Positions 24,362 to 38,084 are shown, numbered from the whole stretch's first letter. The stretch is DNA of 63,808 bases, filler included, from Basidiobolus ranarum (GCA_040143965.1; 11 parts of 11 records of this genome joined end to end with filler, not necessarily neighbours in it), one strand, 5' to 3'. The notes: generated by a model not told the origin, from the sequence alone. Numbers and translations are program-made.

Positions 24362-26688
24362 TTTAAGAGGTTATTGTAAGGAGAGCATTCAGTGGTTGGA
24401 GATGAATGGTCGTGGAGGCTATATATATGTTTTTCTGGAGAGCGGCATGCAGTGAATGTGGTGCAAGTACCACTGTACTTAATTTGTTACGGCCTGGATT
24501 ATTCTAGTGTTGGTTGGTATGATTGAAGATGAAGATGAGAAATACCCAAATAAGGAATCATTGTCTAGATTCTTCTCTCTCCGTCATCGAGCCTGATTTT
24601 TCACTACAGATCTTGAGATCAATACAGTTACATCCGCAATCCACAGGATCACATTGATGTCGAGTTGGAAGCGAATGTTACAGAGAAGAAACAGAACAAG
24701 TATCTATTCCGACAGACCCATAGAATGTCATCATGTTAAAGGAAGTTTCTAGATGGCCAAGTGTGTTCGGTGGATGCGTGATAAATTAAAAGCCATGTAA
24801 TGTTCGATCTAAGCCTTTCCATTATGATGACATTCAAAATGGTCTTTCGGTTACAAACAAGATGTGTCACTACCGATAATCACGGTTAGTCGATCAATTA
24901 TTTAGTAATCGATCAATCGATCATCTATATTTCGATATTCACAACATAGCATGCAGGAGATGAGAATAATGTCTCCATATAAGGAAGCATTCAGAGGTTT
25001 CGTGAGAACTGATTTTCTGACTGATTATGCAAATCAGTTATTATCCACACGTATTAGAACATCGGAGTCCACTTGAGAAGACTTTTTGATTACATTTTAG
25101 TGGTTAGTTGATCTATCAGCTCCCACCAGCTGGTTGCTTAAGGTTATCAGTATCGTAGCCGAATTCTATCAGCGATGGGTACAATCTGAATCTAGCCACA
25201 TGGTTGGATAGTAGCTTTCCTGCGGTCTCTCTAAATTTAGTGAGATTCTTATCTTAGCTTACAGCCAAAAAAGAGGGTGCTTTCAACAGTATATACTCTA
25301 AGTAAGTACAGCCTCATTGTAGCTATATTGTACATGAACATGACTTGAGGGAGGTGTAACCTGAATATTGAGATTTGAGTTTCGCGATGTTGAACTCTTA
25401 TGTTCACGTCAAATCCTTGATATTACTAAGCGCTTGCAACGAACTATCTTCATTCTTTATCCACCTTCATACCACGAAATCTTTTGCTTTGATTCTAAAC
25501 AGTAACATAAACTTCTATTACAAGCTTCATCATGTTCAGGAGATCTTAGTGAGGTAATTAAGAATCATAGATTTGCGTCTTGCGTCCATCATAGAATTTG
25601 CATACTAATCAATGATTCATTATATCTAAGTCGGGAATCGTGAAAAGTGCTTTTTCTAACGTTGAATGTCGATGGATTATAGATTCATTAAAATTTAGTC
25701 ACATATACTATGGGTATTTACGAGAGATATGCAGAATACTCAATTACTATTTAGGTATAATAGTATATTTTATATATGACAAATCTCCAAACTATATCTA
25801 TAAGGTACACATGAACATATCCTACTCTTTCACACATTCACTGCTATATGTCTAAACCTCTTGAACTTTACCTAGGTAATGCTCAATTGCAATTGTTTTT
25901 CCTCTGTATCAAGACCAACTTTAATATTCTGAATGGATGTGGTGTAGATGACGAATTACTTGCATATTTAATAAAAATATATAGACCGCAGATAATGTTA
26001 GCAAAAGTTATATGCAGATAATTGGAGGCTGACTAAACAATTATGTACTTTAATAGAAAAGAGTTTTTATGGCATACATTGAGCTAGAGAAAAGTAAGAA
26101 TAGGTGAACCAAAATATCAATAGTTTCACATCTTGATATTTGCATGTCAATGCATGATATGCTCTAATCACGTTCAAACTATTTTGGAGGTCTTTGTAAA
26201 GTTTTAATCCAACCTACTGCTATATCGTACAACCAAAGTAGGCTAAGGAAATCCAGTTTTCGATAGATAGAGCTCTGAGTAGGATACAGTAATAGAAATT
26301 CTAAGTAGGGATGATATTAAATCTTATAAGATAGAAGGTGGGGATTGACGTTTAGAAGAAGGGAAACAGTCCACTAACAAGAAACCAGTGAGACATTTTA
26401 GAAAATGTTCAGTTCTCTTACTAGAATATATATGTTCAAACTAAATTTCTTTAATTGTAAATTGGATGCTAACTCAAATCTTCGATAATGATCTATATAT
26501 TAATACATAATACTTCGACCTTCATCAAAAGATACTACTATAAGCACCAAGTGGCTGGTCTTCTGATACCAGATAATGCAAAAACTAAGATAAATGTATA
26601 TATGTATACAAGAGAACTCATGGCTATGACTTGAGGGAAAAGTGCAGTAAGTATTGGTAACAATAATACGATAGTATGAGCTTATGGA

Positions 26689-29023
26689 TCAGTACGTTTC
26701 CAACTTGTCATCCACAATAACAACATTCGAAGGCAGGACCTTTCTCTTTACAAATTTGTAAAGTTCAGAAGAAATTAAAAAGATGATGATAGATACTACA
26801 ATAATAGCCCATTCCCAAGTAAGGTACTGGTGCTTAAACACAGAAGTGTTGATATATGGTATGTAGAGAACTGGAATCAATAAAGCGCATCCTAGACATA
26901 TTGACCAGAAAAGTGGCTTGTTTGTGTAATAGTTTCTGATACCTGGAGCTAACCATTGAGGTTCACGAAGACTTCGACAGTTGTAGGCATGTAATAGGAT
27001 CAAGAGAGTTAGACAAGAGAATGCAGCACCGCGAGCACGGAAAACCAAATCACACTCGTCGCTATAGTTCGAATTGCAATCAATGCCTAAGTTTCCATCG
27101 CCAAAGGCGAAGATAATTAGAGCAAAGTTAACAAGAGATAAACTGCCCATTAAGGCACCGTATATTAAGATGTCAGCCATTATCTCTAATGTGAAAAGAC
27201 CACTTATAGAAGGCCGTGGAGGAAGACGCATAGTCAAAGGATCAATGGGCTCCATACCAAGAGCCATGGCTGGTGGGGAGCTTGTAACCATATTTAAAAA
27301 GAGTATTTGAACGGGTGACATTGGGATAACTATACGACCCATTTTATCCGCGAAACATAATCCAATTACCAGAGCGATGATCTCGGAGACATTACCGGAC
27401 ATCAAATGAAGCACAAATTTCTGAATATTAGTAAAGATACGACGGCCTTCTTCCACGGATCTAACAATAGTGGCAAAATTATCGTCGGTCAATATTATGT
27501 CTGAAGCCTGTTTAGCGACATCAGAGCCAGCCATTCCCATCGAAATGCCAACATTCGCAATTTTAAGACTTGGAGAATCATTGACACCATCACCGGTCAT
27601 AGCGGCAATTTTCTTTCTTCTATGAAGGGCTCTGATCATCTTGACTTTAGTATTGGGACTACAACGTGCTATGACAGATGGGAGTTCCTCCAGACTATCC
27701 ACTTTAGCATCAGTCAAAGAATCAAATTCCGTGGCAGTCATCACTAATTTGAGCCCCTCCTTGCCATTCTTGTAATTCGATGGAATTATCGAAACCTCAC
27801 GAGCAACGGCAGTGGCAGTAGCTGGATGATCACCAGTTAGCATGTGAACGCGAATGCCAGCACGAGTGCACTGTTCAATACTGTTCTTAGATTCTAAGCG
27901 AGGAGGATCATAGATTCCCACTAATCCAGCAAATATCATATCTTGCTCCACCTGTATGCGTGTCCAATCAGGAAGGGCATCCAAGTGTTGCGGTTCCACA
28001 TAACTGTACGCAAGCGATAGTACACGAAGGCCATTAGATGCCATTTTCTCTACTTGAAGACTGATTGTTCGGTGGTCTGATTTTGAAATGACTTCCTCTC
28101 TGTCTCCAAGCATAATACGCGAGCAACATTCGACAACACGTTCAGTAGCACCCTTCAAGTAGATAATATGTTTACCACTCTTCTTTTCCATATATACTAC
28201 ACTCATTCTTTTTAAAGTGGAGTCAAATGGATACTCTGTGCGAAGAAAGAATTCAGAATCTCCCTCCGCTGAATGCTTAGTAAGACTTGGCCTCCCCCTC
28301 CCAACTTTAGTGGCGAAAACTTGAAGAGCAGTTTCAGTAGGGTCGCCCACACCCACCCATTCGCAGGATTTTTTATCATATTTGAGAATAGACATATTGC
28401 ACAGAGCCGCTACTTCAACAATCCTCATTAAAGGGGTGGGCATATTATGAAAATTCACAGTCTGAGTATATGAGTCCGAGTTTCCAGATATTGCTAGTTC
28501 ATTGGCGGTGACTTCCCCCAGACGGATCACTTTTCCTTCCGGAATCAACCCTACACCAGAGATGTGGTAGTAGCCATCACCTGGTAGATAAATTTTTGTC
28601 ATTACCATCTTTGATTGAGTGAGAGTGCCTGGCTTATCAGAGCAAATATTTGTTACAGAGCCAAGGACTTCAAGGGCGTTAAGGTGTCTGATGATGGCTT
28701 TGTTTTTGGCCATGGATCTAACACCAGATGCCATAGTAAGAGTTACAACGGCTATTAAGCCTTCTGGAATTACAGCAATGCCTAATGAAATAGCGTAAAT
28801 GGCTACTTCAGTAGTGATATGAAACTTGTTAACGGCAAAGACAATCAAAGCAAGAATAATAGCAACAGCAAATAGAATATAGGCCATGAGATCCATACTC
28901 TTTTGTAACTTGGTTTTACTATCACTGTCGTGTTGGTTAATCCTTTTATGTATGATTCCTAATTCAGGTTGCATACCTGTAGGAATAATAAAAACACACG
29001 CCCGACCTATACTGACACAGATA
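26689..29023 (-). CDS. P-type ATPase, ENA/P2D Na+/K+ efflux type (5' part missing at the contig edge)
   Basis: Motifs IPEGL, TNICSDKPGTLTQSKM, GDPTE, PFDSTLKRMS, KGATE, MLTGDHP, MTGDGVNDSPSLK and FRARGAAF, plus C-terminal TM helices. Confidence 0.92.
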
Positions 29024-30204
29024 NNNNNNNNNNNNNNNNNNNNNNNNNNNNNNNNNNNNNNNNNNNNTTAATTAATTAANNNNNNNNNNNNNNNNNNNNN
29101 NNNNNNNNNNNNNNNNNNNNNNNAAATTGATCCATATATGCTTTGAACTGAACATTTTGAATCGAAAATAGGCACCTGCATTGAAGATCCAAAAAATAAC
29201 AAAATGCATTCCTATACCGATATGGAGTTATGGCCGAATTGGGAAATTTTTGTCTGTTCTCCATAATGTGGAGATATATCCAATATGTGTTGTCTTACTT
29301 CAATAAAGTCAGAAAATCAATATTCATGATATACAAATATTTAGGTGGCTAATTCCACTATTTCAGTAATCTAGTCTAGATGATGGTCAGCGTGGCTCTA
29401 GAGTTGATTCATGCGCACAGAGCGTTGTGTTGCAACTATTGCAACATCTGCCATACTGTGTTCATGCGGCTTTACTATCCTCACAGTTGTCATCTGTACA
29501 AACATACAAAATCAGCCATCGCATTCAATCTAATTTATTCCATACGAATGCTTTGTACTACTACTGCGTTGCACAGATCCAATAAGGCTGTAATTAACCC
29601 TATATTGCGATGACCACTTTCCACATTCTTTAAATGTTCAAATTCAGTCAGCGGTGGCTGTGGACGAACGGACATACATAGGAGCCAATTATAGCAAAGG
29701 TGGATATGAGTTAATATGGGTGAATTGAAAATCAAAATTGAATGCTCTTTTATCAAGAATGTTAGACTCAACTGAGAAACTACCGACAAACATTCAAATA
29801 ATACCAGGATATCACCCAATTATGCTTTCTGATCAGATCATATTAAAGCCAATTATAATTATTGCCAATACAGATGTACTGAGAAAGAAAAACAAGACAT
29901 CTATTGCACAACGGAGCATTAACATCATGCTTTAGCTACCTTTCATTGTAAACTGTGTCTACAACTGTTCAATTTACCTCACTAGCACAGGAGCTAGTTG
30001 ACAACTTTTTGCTCTCAACCACCCCTCGAACTGGCCAATTTGCACTAGATGTTAAAAATAGCTTGGCTAATTAGTGCTATTTCCATAACTGGCAGCAAAG
30101 CATTAAAATGATTTGCTGAGAATCTAAACCTGGTAAACCAGTGAAATAGTCAAGTACATTGAAAAATTCCTTTTGGTGGCTTCCATAACTATTCCCTTAA
30201 CAAT

Positions 30205-32997
30205 ATGACAGATAACCCAGAATTCAACATCATCGCCAATTTGGAAACACCAGAATCATGCTTAGAGTTACGCATCGCTTGCAAGTAAAGTATCTTTCTC
30301 CGTATTGTTGAAAGTATTCTTTTGAACCCCAGTAATAATCAAATGTCACGACTTCCCAAGGAACCTAGCGAAGATGGATATCTGTTTTCCTTCAGACCCG
30401 TTGGTTGTTTGCCAGGCTTACAAAGACGGTAGTTGGCAGGAATTTGGACGCACTGAATACATCCAAAACGACTCTAATCCAAAGTTTACAACTTCATTTA
30501 AACTTGAGTATCGGTTTTCGGATGCTTTACCTTTGAAGTTGGTTGTTGCTTTTTATAGGATATCGCTCGTAATTTCTAACATCTTTGGTTATAGATTTCA
30601 GGTATATGACATTGACGATCCAACACACTCCATCGAGAAAGCTGACTATATTGGCTGTCTCGAAACTAGTTTATCAGAAATTGGTAGTTACCTCTTATCG
30701 TATTTGTTAAGGTAGGAAGGAGACTAATGTGAAATTATTTAGTGAATGCTCCTAACCACGTATTGGAGAAACCTCTGAAAAACCCCAAAATTTCGAATCC
30801 CGGGTTCATTAGAGTTGTTGCAGAAGAGATTATTGATTATAAGGACGTGCTCAAGTAAATTGAAGTTTTTGACTCTTTTTTTTACAACACACCACTAATA
30901 CTTATATTACTTAACTTTCAAAAGTTTTCACTTGAGTGGAAAGGAATTGAAAAAGCCGGTTAGTATTTGAAAATTTAGAAACTGACTTTGCTTATGGGCT
31001 TAACCCCCGAGTTTTCTAGGGATTCTTTTCTCGCTCCAAGTTCTTCTACAGAATTAGTCGATTCCAAGATGGTATTGTCTTGTTTCGATATCTCAAGCAT
31101 GCGTCAAATGCTAACATGTTGTTTGAATGCTAGATGGCAGTTATGTATTAGTATATCAAAGCGAAGTACAGCATAAAACGACCAATCCCGGATGGGCTCC
31201 AGCATCAGGTTAGTGTTGCTCAGCATTCATGTAATAAAACCACAGCCCTAATCTTAGATTAATGCTATTTTGTAGTCCCTATTGTAAACATCTGTAACAG
31301 AGATTATGAGAGACCATTGCTTATCGAAGTAATGGATTGGAGTAGAATTGGGAGTATGTATAAATTCTTTAGTGAAGTGCCTGAACCTCGCAGAAACCTA
31401 ATACTATCCATGTTTACTAGAGCATTCACTGATTGGATATTGTAGCACAACTGTCCATGATCTTACCTCCACTATCGGCTCCGAAATACTTCTTAGTAAT
31501 TCCCACAACAAAAAGGGGGGAATCCCAGGGAAAATATTTGTTAGTGCATGTAGAATTGAAAAGAGTGATACGTAAGAACGTCGTTAAAATATCGAATTCA
31601 CTTGGCCTTTCTGCTAAACAATCGACACTAGGTTCCTTGATTACTTGCGCGCTGGTGCCCAGTTAAGTATGACTGTAGCCGTTGACTTCTCTGAATCCAA
31701 TGGTATGTTGTTTGCAATAGTGTGTACTTTATTCTCCCCACCTGATCTGTCTGTTAAACCAAATTGTTAGGAGAGTTCGGGAGTCCTTCCTCATTACATT
31801 TTCAATCGAGCAACCAGTGCAATCACTATCAGGATGCAATCATATCTATTGGTAATATATACAAGATTGCTCCTTTCACAATATGTTTGTACTTACTCTT
31901 TTGACTCAGGTGGTATTTTGGAACCTTATGATTCCGATCGCAAATTCCCAGTAAGTTCAAGTAGTTGCCAAAGTCTTATGCTTGATATTTAAGTGACTGG
32001 TTCTTAAGGTATATGGATTTGGTGCCAAATTGCCCGGCAGTTCTTGTCCACCATTCTTCGCTCTGAACGGAAATATTACTCAGGTAATTTGAGTTTCAAC
32101 GGTTAACACGATTCCTCCGTCTCGCACTAAGCATCTTTGATTTAGCCTGAAGTAATAGGTGCTAGAGGCATTTTCAACGCTTACAAAAATGTTGTTGGTA
32201 ATATTACTCCAACTGAGCCTACACACCTAGCACCCGTAAGTGACACTTCTTCCGCTTGTTAAGGGAAGAGTTCGTACGCTAACTTTACCTTAGATCATCG
32301 ATTCAGTCTGTGATAGGATCGGTAAAGACCTTGCTACACCTTCTATTGGCGGCGCTCAGAACTATCATATCTTAATAGTTATAACTGACGTAGGTGTTTC
32401 ATAGATTTTGACAATATGGATGGGTGTGTAACACAGTATTATAGGGACAAATCAACGATATGGAAGATACAGTAAAAGCAGTGATCCGAGGCTCAAAACT
32501 CCCTCTAAGCATTGTTATCGTTGGAATTGGAAGCAAGGATTTTACCAACATGGACATCCTTGACGCTGATGAGAATGTTTTGGAGGTAAGTGGACCCTAG
32601 CAACCAACATTCGAAGGCAATCACTTATATTTCTTAATACAAAGGCTCATGGTGTAGCAGCGGAGAGGTAGGTTCATGTTCAATACGATCCAACGAAGCT
32701 ATCAAATCTAAATTTGCCATCAGAGATATAGTGCAATTTGTACCTATGCGTGACTTCCATGACGGTGACCTTACTAAGTTGGCAAGTGAAGTGCGTTGTT
32801 TTTAATCAAAATTTTTGGGATTTGTTTGTCTAATATGGTTCTGATTTGTCAATTGTATGTGTTCCTATTTATCCAATCCATTCAAATATCAGGTGCTACG
32901 TGAAATACCTTCACAATACTTGGAATACATGAAGAGTCGCAACATTAAGCCCATTCCTGTGGTAGGCCCAAGGAAGACCAGCTGGAGACTCTATTAG
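30205..32997 (+). CDS. Copine (C2A-C2B-vWA), about 18 short introns
   Basis: Manual splicing gives LELRIACKNLAKMD..SDP, EFGRTE.I.NDSNPKF, VAVDFSESNG, EPYDSDRKFPVYGFGAK, ITDGQINDM, PLSIVIVGIG, MDILDAD, RDIVQFVP and VLREIPSQ. Introns are GT-AG, ~55-100 nt. Confidence 0.92.
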
Positions 32998-33902
32998 CCT
33001 TAGTATTACCATATTATTCTCATTACCACTCCCAGCTTCCTCCATAATGATACTCCCTGGTAAGGGATTTTTTGCTCGAGGTGGTTAAATTATTTACTGA
33101 ATTAAATATATATGCTCCTATATAAAGCATAATTTAATTTAAAGCATCAGCAGTATGGGCATGGTTTTTATATAACTTGGTACTCGTTCTCTGCTTTCAA
33201 CCTGGCATTTAAGAGATCATTAAACCTTTGGAGTGAGAGGGGCGTGTTTCAGCTTAACCCCATGCTAACAAAATTATTGCTCCCTCACAACCTCCCCATC
33301 ACTGTCTATGATACACTTTCATTACCATGCGTCCGATATGGGTTTGCCAGATTGGAGATACTCGGGTGACCGATACCGCAGTATGGTTGTAATAAGCAGT
33401 CTTGTGAAGCGGCATCAAACCTGAATATCTGGCGCACTATAAGCAAGTCATCTTAATATATGGCCACTTCACTGCGTTGAAATACCTCAAAGACCCTGAG
33501 TGGCTCTTGCAACTATTACTTAGACAAGCAACCAGAATGAAGCAGTGGCTTGCTTAATAGTGAAAGACTGACATATATCTTGAACAGTACGGTTATTGAA
33601 TGCATTTTTTTTTCAATGCTCATAAATGGAAATCCATATATGAGCTGAGACTTGTAACAATACGTAACAAATCGGTGAAATTTTTACTTCAAAGTGACTG
33701 TTCTAAGGCACTCAGTGAATTTATACCATAAAATTTGACAGTTCTTCCAAATACCATGTGATCTTAAATTAGAAAAAAAATGATCATTAAACAGATGTTA
33801 TCGCAGTGGAATTTTCAAAACTAGTATAGATATCTACTCCAACAAAAGTAGAACTTCGCGCTCTTTAGTTTCATGTTGGGTTCCTAATACCTTTGTAACG
33901 CC

Positions 33903-34830
33903 ATGAATGTTGTGCGACTGAGTCGTCCTAAGAGTGCTTTCAATGCCTCCATATACTCGATATATTTTTCACGCTTAAATTCGATATCTCGATCTCGCTT
34001 TGCTTGTCTCAAAATTCGGTTGAAAACTGACACTACTAAGTCGAGAGTTTCTGGTAATATTAATATTTGCAAAGCTCTATTTTCATTATTGATTTTCTTT
34101 TGCTTACCTATTTAAAAAAACCCTAAAAATTCCTTAAGACATTCCACGAAATGAACTTGGAATTCAGATGTTAAGCGATCAACTAAAGCAACAAATCTTT
34201 CCTGGCTCTAAAAGCTCCGTTCCAAAGATCAAGGCAGCTCTTGCTGTTGAGCATTTGAAGCGACAAAATATTTGGGGAAAGAGCGTACAGCCCGTGCCTA
34301 ATACGGGCTTTAAACTTCCACCATTACAAGGGGCAAATATTGAAGAGCATTTTAGAACCTTGGGTAAAAACCAATCTGAACCATACTTAACTCGAGCGAA
34401 ACTTTGGAGCAAGTCTAGAGCTTTACCACCACGTCCTAGTGACTGGAAGTTTGTTTCTGGTTGGACAAAGTATAGCGCAGATGGAATCATAGAAACTGTA
34501 AAATATCCAGAGGATGATTTTGTGGTTTTTGATATAGAAACCTTATTATCGGAAAGTAGTTTCCCTTTATTTGCCGTAGCTGTTGGTTCTTCTGGCTGGT
34601 ACGTCTGGGTATCTCCTCGGTTAACAGGAGAAAGTGAAAAGCTCAGCCATCTAATTCCCATGGGCAATACAGGGAAGGTTATTGTTGGACATAATGTTGG
34701 ATTTGATCGTGCTAGAATCTTGGAAGAATACAATGGGGCTGGCTCAAAGAATGTGTTTCTCGATACAATGTGAAACATTGTCATCTTCTGCGAGTACAAA
34801 ATGCTCTTCAGGTTTTGCTTCATTGTTCGA
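33903..34830 (+). CDS. MIP1: Mitochondrial DNA polymerase gamma, N-terminal/exonuclease part (truncated by the contig end)
   Basis: Arg/Ser-rich presequence exon, intron ~34053-34138, then PRNELGIQMLS, LPPLQGANIEEHF, ExoI VFDIET and ExoII VGHNVGFDRARILEEY...FLDTM. Confidence 0.9.
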
Positions 34831-34930
34831 NNNNNNNNNNNNNNNNNNNNNNNNNNNNNNNNNNNNNNNNNNNNTTAATTAATTAANNNNNNNNNNNNNN
34901 NNNNNNNNNNNNNNNNNNNNNNNNNNNNNN

Positions 34931-35112
34931 CCCCTTAACACTATATTTACATCCTCTGAGCTTGAATACATTGGTCATCAGGTTAAGTATGGATATGATC
35001 CAGTATTGTCACAATATCTTAAAAGATTGATGTCTTGATTGTCACTTTGTTTAGATTAGTATTTAAGCTAAATAAAGTCCACACCATCTGGTGCTTTTCA
35101 TCCCCCCCTAAA
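34931..35112 (+). repeat. End of an LTR-like repeat (family C)
   Basis: Closely similar to 40766-40944, with AATAAA and a CATCCCCC(C)TA(C/A)A terminus. Confidence 0.7.
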
Positions 35113-35117
35113 CCCTA

Positions 35118-35581
35118 ATCAAGCTTTTCAACACTTGAGTTAATAAAAGTGGTAGTAGTGGTTTCTGTCATGCTGTAAAGGTTAGAACACAGTGCTCATA
35201 ACCTATAGGGAAGAAATAGGCTTTTTGGAGGAACTTTACAAAAGTGGAGTTGTGAATAGCTTTGTGAGATAAATATTTATTGTCCAGAAATAAAGCATTT
35301 ATAGATTTAGATGGATATACAGAAAACTAACACTGGGGTTGTGTTCAGAACATCTGTGGGAGGAAAATGGGCTATTTTTGGGGCAATTTGAATGAGTTTG
35401 AAATTTCCAATATGGAATTGCTAATTCTCACATTTTTCACATATATATATAATATTTGTTCCGATTTTCAGCCAAGTGATATTTGACAAAGTAATGTTAA
35501 CTAACTGGTATGTGATATATGAAATAGTTAGGTGTATAAAGATAGAGATAACAAATATGATAAAGACAATAAACTTTAACA
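35118..35581 (-). mobile_element. Copia family D 5' LTR, PBS and gag start
   Basis: On the minus strand, LTR TGTTAAAG...CCCTATA (35581-35204), PBS GGTTATGAGCAC, then ATG at 35171 encoding MTETTTTTFINSSVEKLD, cut by the family C repeat. Confidence 0.72.
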
Positions 35582-35639
35582 CTCATTAGGTAAAACTCAG
35601 CTAAGTCCCCTTTCTTAGGGTTAGGTAAAAGCTATGTTT

Positions 35640-36090
35640 CTGAGAACTTTTAAATTGGAGTCAATATCCCAAGTCAATTGTGATTGAGAATCATGGCTAA
35701 TATCTTAGTTCAATATAGGATAACTAAATACAAAACTATATATGACTATATAGATGCTCAGGCAATGCTAATTTCAACACTCCATCTCAACTAAATAGTC
35801 ATATGAACTGATCCTAAGGAAGGTGCAGGTTTAGCCAAGATATTTTCTGATTGAAGTTTCTTGTTACTGGTTATTAATGTTCTAGATATGTAGAAGGTGA
35901 GCAAGAAAACACCACTGAACTAATCACCAATTTTGCATCTATAATCAGGATAAAGGTTAGGTATTTTGGGAGTCTGTTGGAAGTGGTTTGGAGAACCAGA
36001 GAAATTGGTGGTTTTCATTTATTGAATTTTTGAGTTGAAAGTTGACATTTATAGTTTTGTCAAGATGCAAACAAATAAATGTGTAGGTTG
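35640..36090 (-). repeat. Copia family A LTR fragments and PPT
   Basis: GGCAATGCTAATTTCAACA-CTCCATCTCAACTAAATAGTCATAT (35761-35804) matches 4182-4200 and 1323-1347. 35960-36090 matches the other LTR end. Confidence 0.75.
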
Positions 36091-36829
36091 GCTGGTTCCA
36101 TCCTTATAACAGAATTGGCAGTCAAGTTGCTCAAAGCTGAAAAACATCATTAGTAGCTGAAGTCCATTGCCTGACCATACAGCAAATCAAGTACATAGTT
36201 ATTCTTGTTTCATATCTAGCTTGGGATAGAACACAAGCTTGATTATTTACTAAAGAGGTTTCCAGCCTCTGAGATGGCTTATTTGTCTATAGTTAGAAAG
36301 CCTTATGACAAATATAGATCTTACCTTCATTGTGATTTCTCCCTAACCCGGAGGGAAGTGGTATATTAAGACAAGGAGAGCAACAAACTTCCAAGTAGCA
36401 TCTTGATTTCGAGTAATATACAACGATTACACCTACTGATATTTTCATTCAACTTACCATATGCCCTATCAAGTAGGCCACATATAAAAGAAATCAGTCA
36501 GAGACCTCTCTTACACTTGAATGGCTTAAGTATATATATAAATAATCCACCTCCCGGTCCCATTTATTCACCTTAACATATGCATACTGGGTAATCAAAC
36601 CTTTGGGGCATTACTAAACCAATGAAATTGAATCTGGCTGATTCGTTAACCCTATAGCAATTTGTCACCGCAGTAGAGTAAACTTATATATATATGACCA
36701 GAGCATCGGACTACGTCATTCTATCATAGCCAAACATCGGAACTGAACATTAACATTTAAATACAACTTGACCAGCTACCCAAAGCTCCTAAGATTCATG
36801 CGACTTCCCATATTTTAGTATCGTCTATT

Positions 36830-37414
36830 ATGCCTTGTTCCCGAAAATCTACCGTCTATACGGCCAAAGATTTTGTTGTTTCGGCCGGGTGCATCCTCTT
36901 TGAGGGCCCTGATCCACTGGGCGAAACGTCGTTAAATGTGTGCCTGGTTCAGAGTCAAAGTAGTGGCGAGTGGCTTTTGCCCAAAGGGCGTAAGGACTGC
37001 AACGAGGAGTTACCCGCAGCCGCAGTGCGTGAAACATTCGAAGAAACTGGTTACCATTGCGATTTATTACCAGTTGACATGGTCACCCGTGCTCCAACTT
37101 CGGAACTCGGAGATACATGCACCTCTCACCTCGTGCAAGACTGTAAAGAGCCATTTACAGTTCAAGTGCGACATAACTCCGATAACACCATCAAACTTGT
37201 GTACTATTTTGTTGGTTGCAGTGATGGGTCTTCAAAACAGGCGAATACGCAGATGGGTCATGAGGATTTTGAGTCGATTTTTGTTCCCGCTGAAGAAGCG
37301 ATTGACAAGTTATCATACGCGAATGAAGCTGAAATTGTTCGCGAAGCTGTGCGGCTAGTGCTTGCAACAAAGCAGCGGCGCTTGCAAAAAGAATGCAAGA
37401 CTAAAAGTGGTTAA
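36830..37414 (+). CDS. Nudix hydrolase
   Basis: SAGCILF and the Nudix box WLLPKGRKDCNEELPAAAVRETFEETG; intronless, 194 aa. Confidence 0.9.
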   Translation: MPCSRKSTVYTAKDFVVSAGCILFEGPDPLGETSLNVCLVQSQSSGEWLLPKGRKDCNEELPAAAVRETFEETGYHCDLLPVDMVTRAPTSELGDTCTSHLVQDCKEPFTVQVRHNSDNTIKLVYYFVGCSDGSSKQANTQMGHEDFESIFVPAEEAIDKLSYANEAEIVREAVRLVLATKQRRLQKECKTKSG

Positions 37415-38032
37415 ACAACCTGAAAATAGACTAAGTGTGGGTGATGGGACATTTCAGCAGCTAAAAGATTTGAAGTAAAAGGAGAATTGATCATTTCCTG
37501 AATGTTAGCCCACAAGATGCGGCATATATTATAGGAGTTATCCTTTACCTGCTTTTCGTAGACGTAATTGATAGAGTAATGTGTACAATCATCTGGTTAG
37601 TGAATTACACTACTAACCTTACATCCTCCGCATTGGATAAGTAGACCGAGTAGTAGTGGAAACCCATATTGACTAATTTGAATAAACTTACGTTACCTTC
37701 TCTACATCAGTTTCTTATCGAAATGGCAATCCTTTGAATTTATGATCCTACCTTGCAATTTCTAAATTAGGTATTATATTTCCATGATGCCAAGGCTTTT
37801 CACTCTATTGAAGTAGATACACTGTAGGTAATCCTGGTATCTTTGAAGCATGCCAGTAATAGCTTAGATTGTTGGTGACACTAGATTGTATATGTTGAGC
37901 TTCTACCAGATCTATACAGGATGGCAATGTGCAAGGCTTATCATTGAGTACATTGCTTTTTTGTCTATCTATTTGGATAATTCATATATTGTATCTATCC
38001 GATCGGCACTAAAACTAAAATGATCCTATGAC

Positions 38033-38084
38033 AAAGATCATCATTTGAGAGTGCACCTAAAAAGATCATCATTTGAGAGTGCAC
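38033..38084. repeat. Exact 24-bp direct duplication (period 28)
   Basis: AAAGATCATCATTTGAGAGTGCAC at 38033-38056 and 38061-38084. Confidence 0.95.

Noticed and set aside
34179-34823. 214-aa minus-strand ORF
   Set aside because: Antisense shadow of the pol gamma exon, with no motifs of its own.
36936-37358. Overlapping 140-aa ORF inside the Nudix gene
   Set aside because: Alternative-frame shadow with a GTG start and no recognisable domain.
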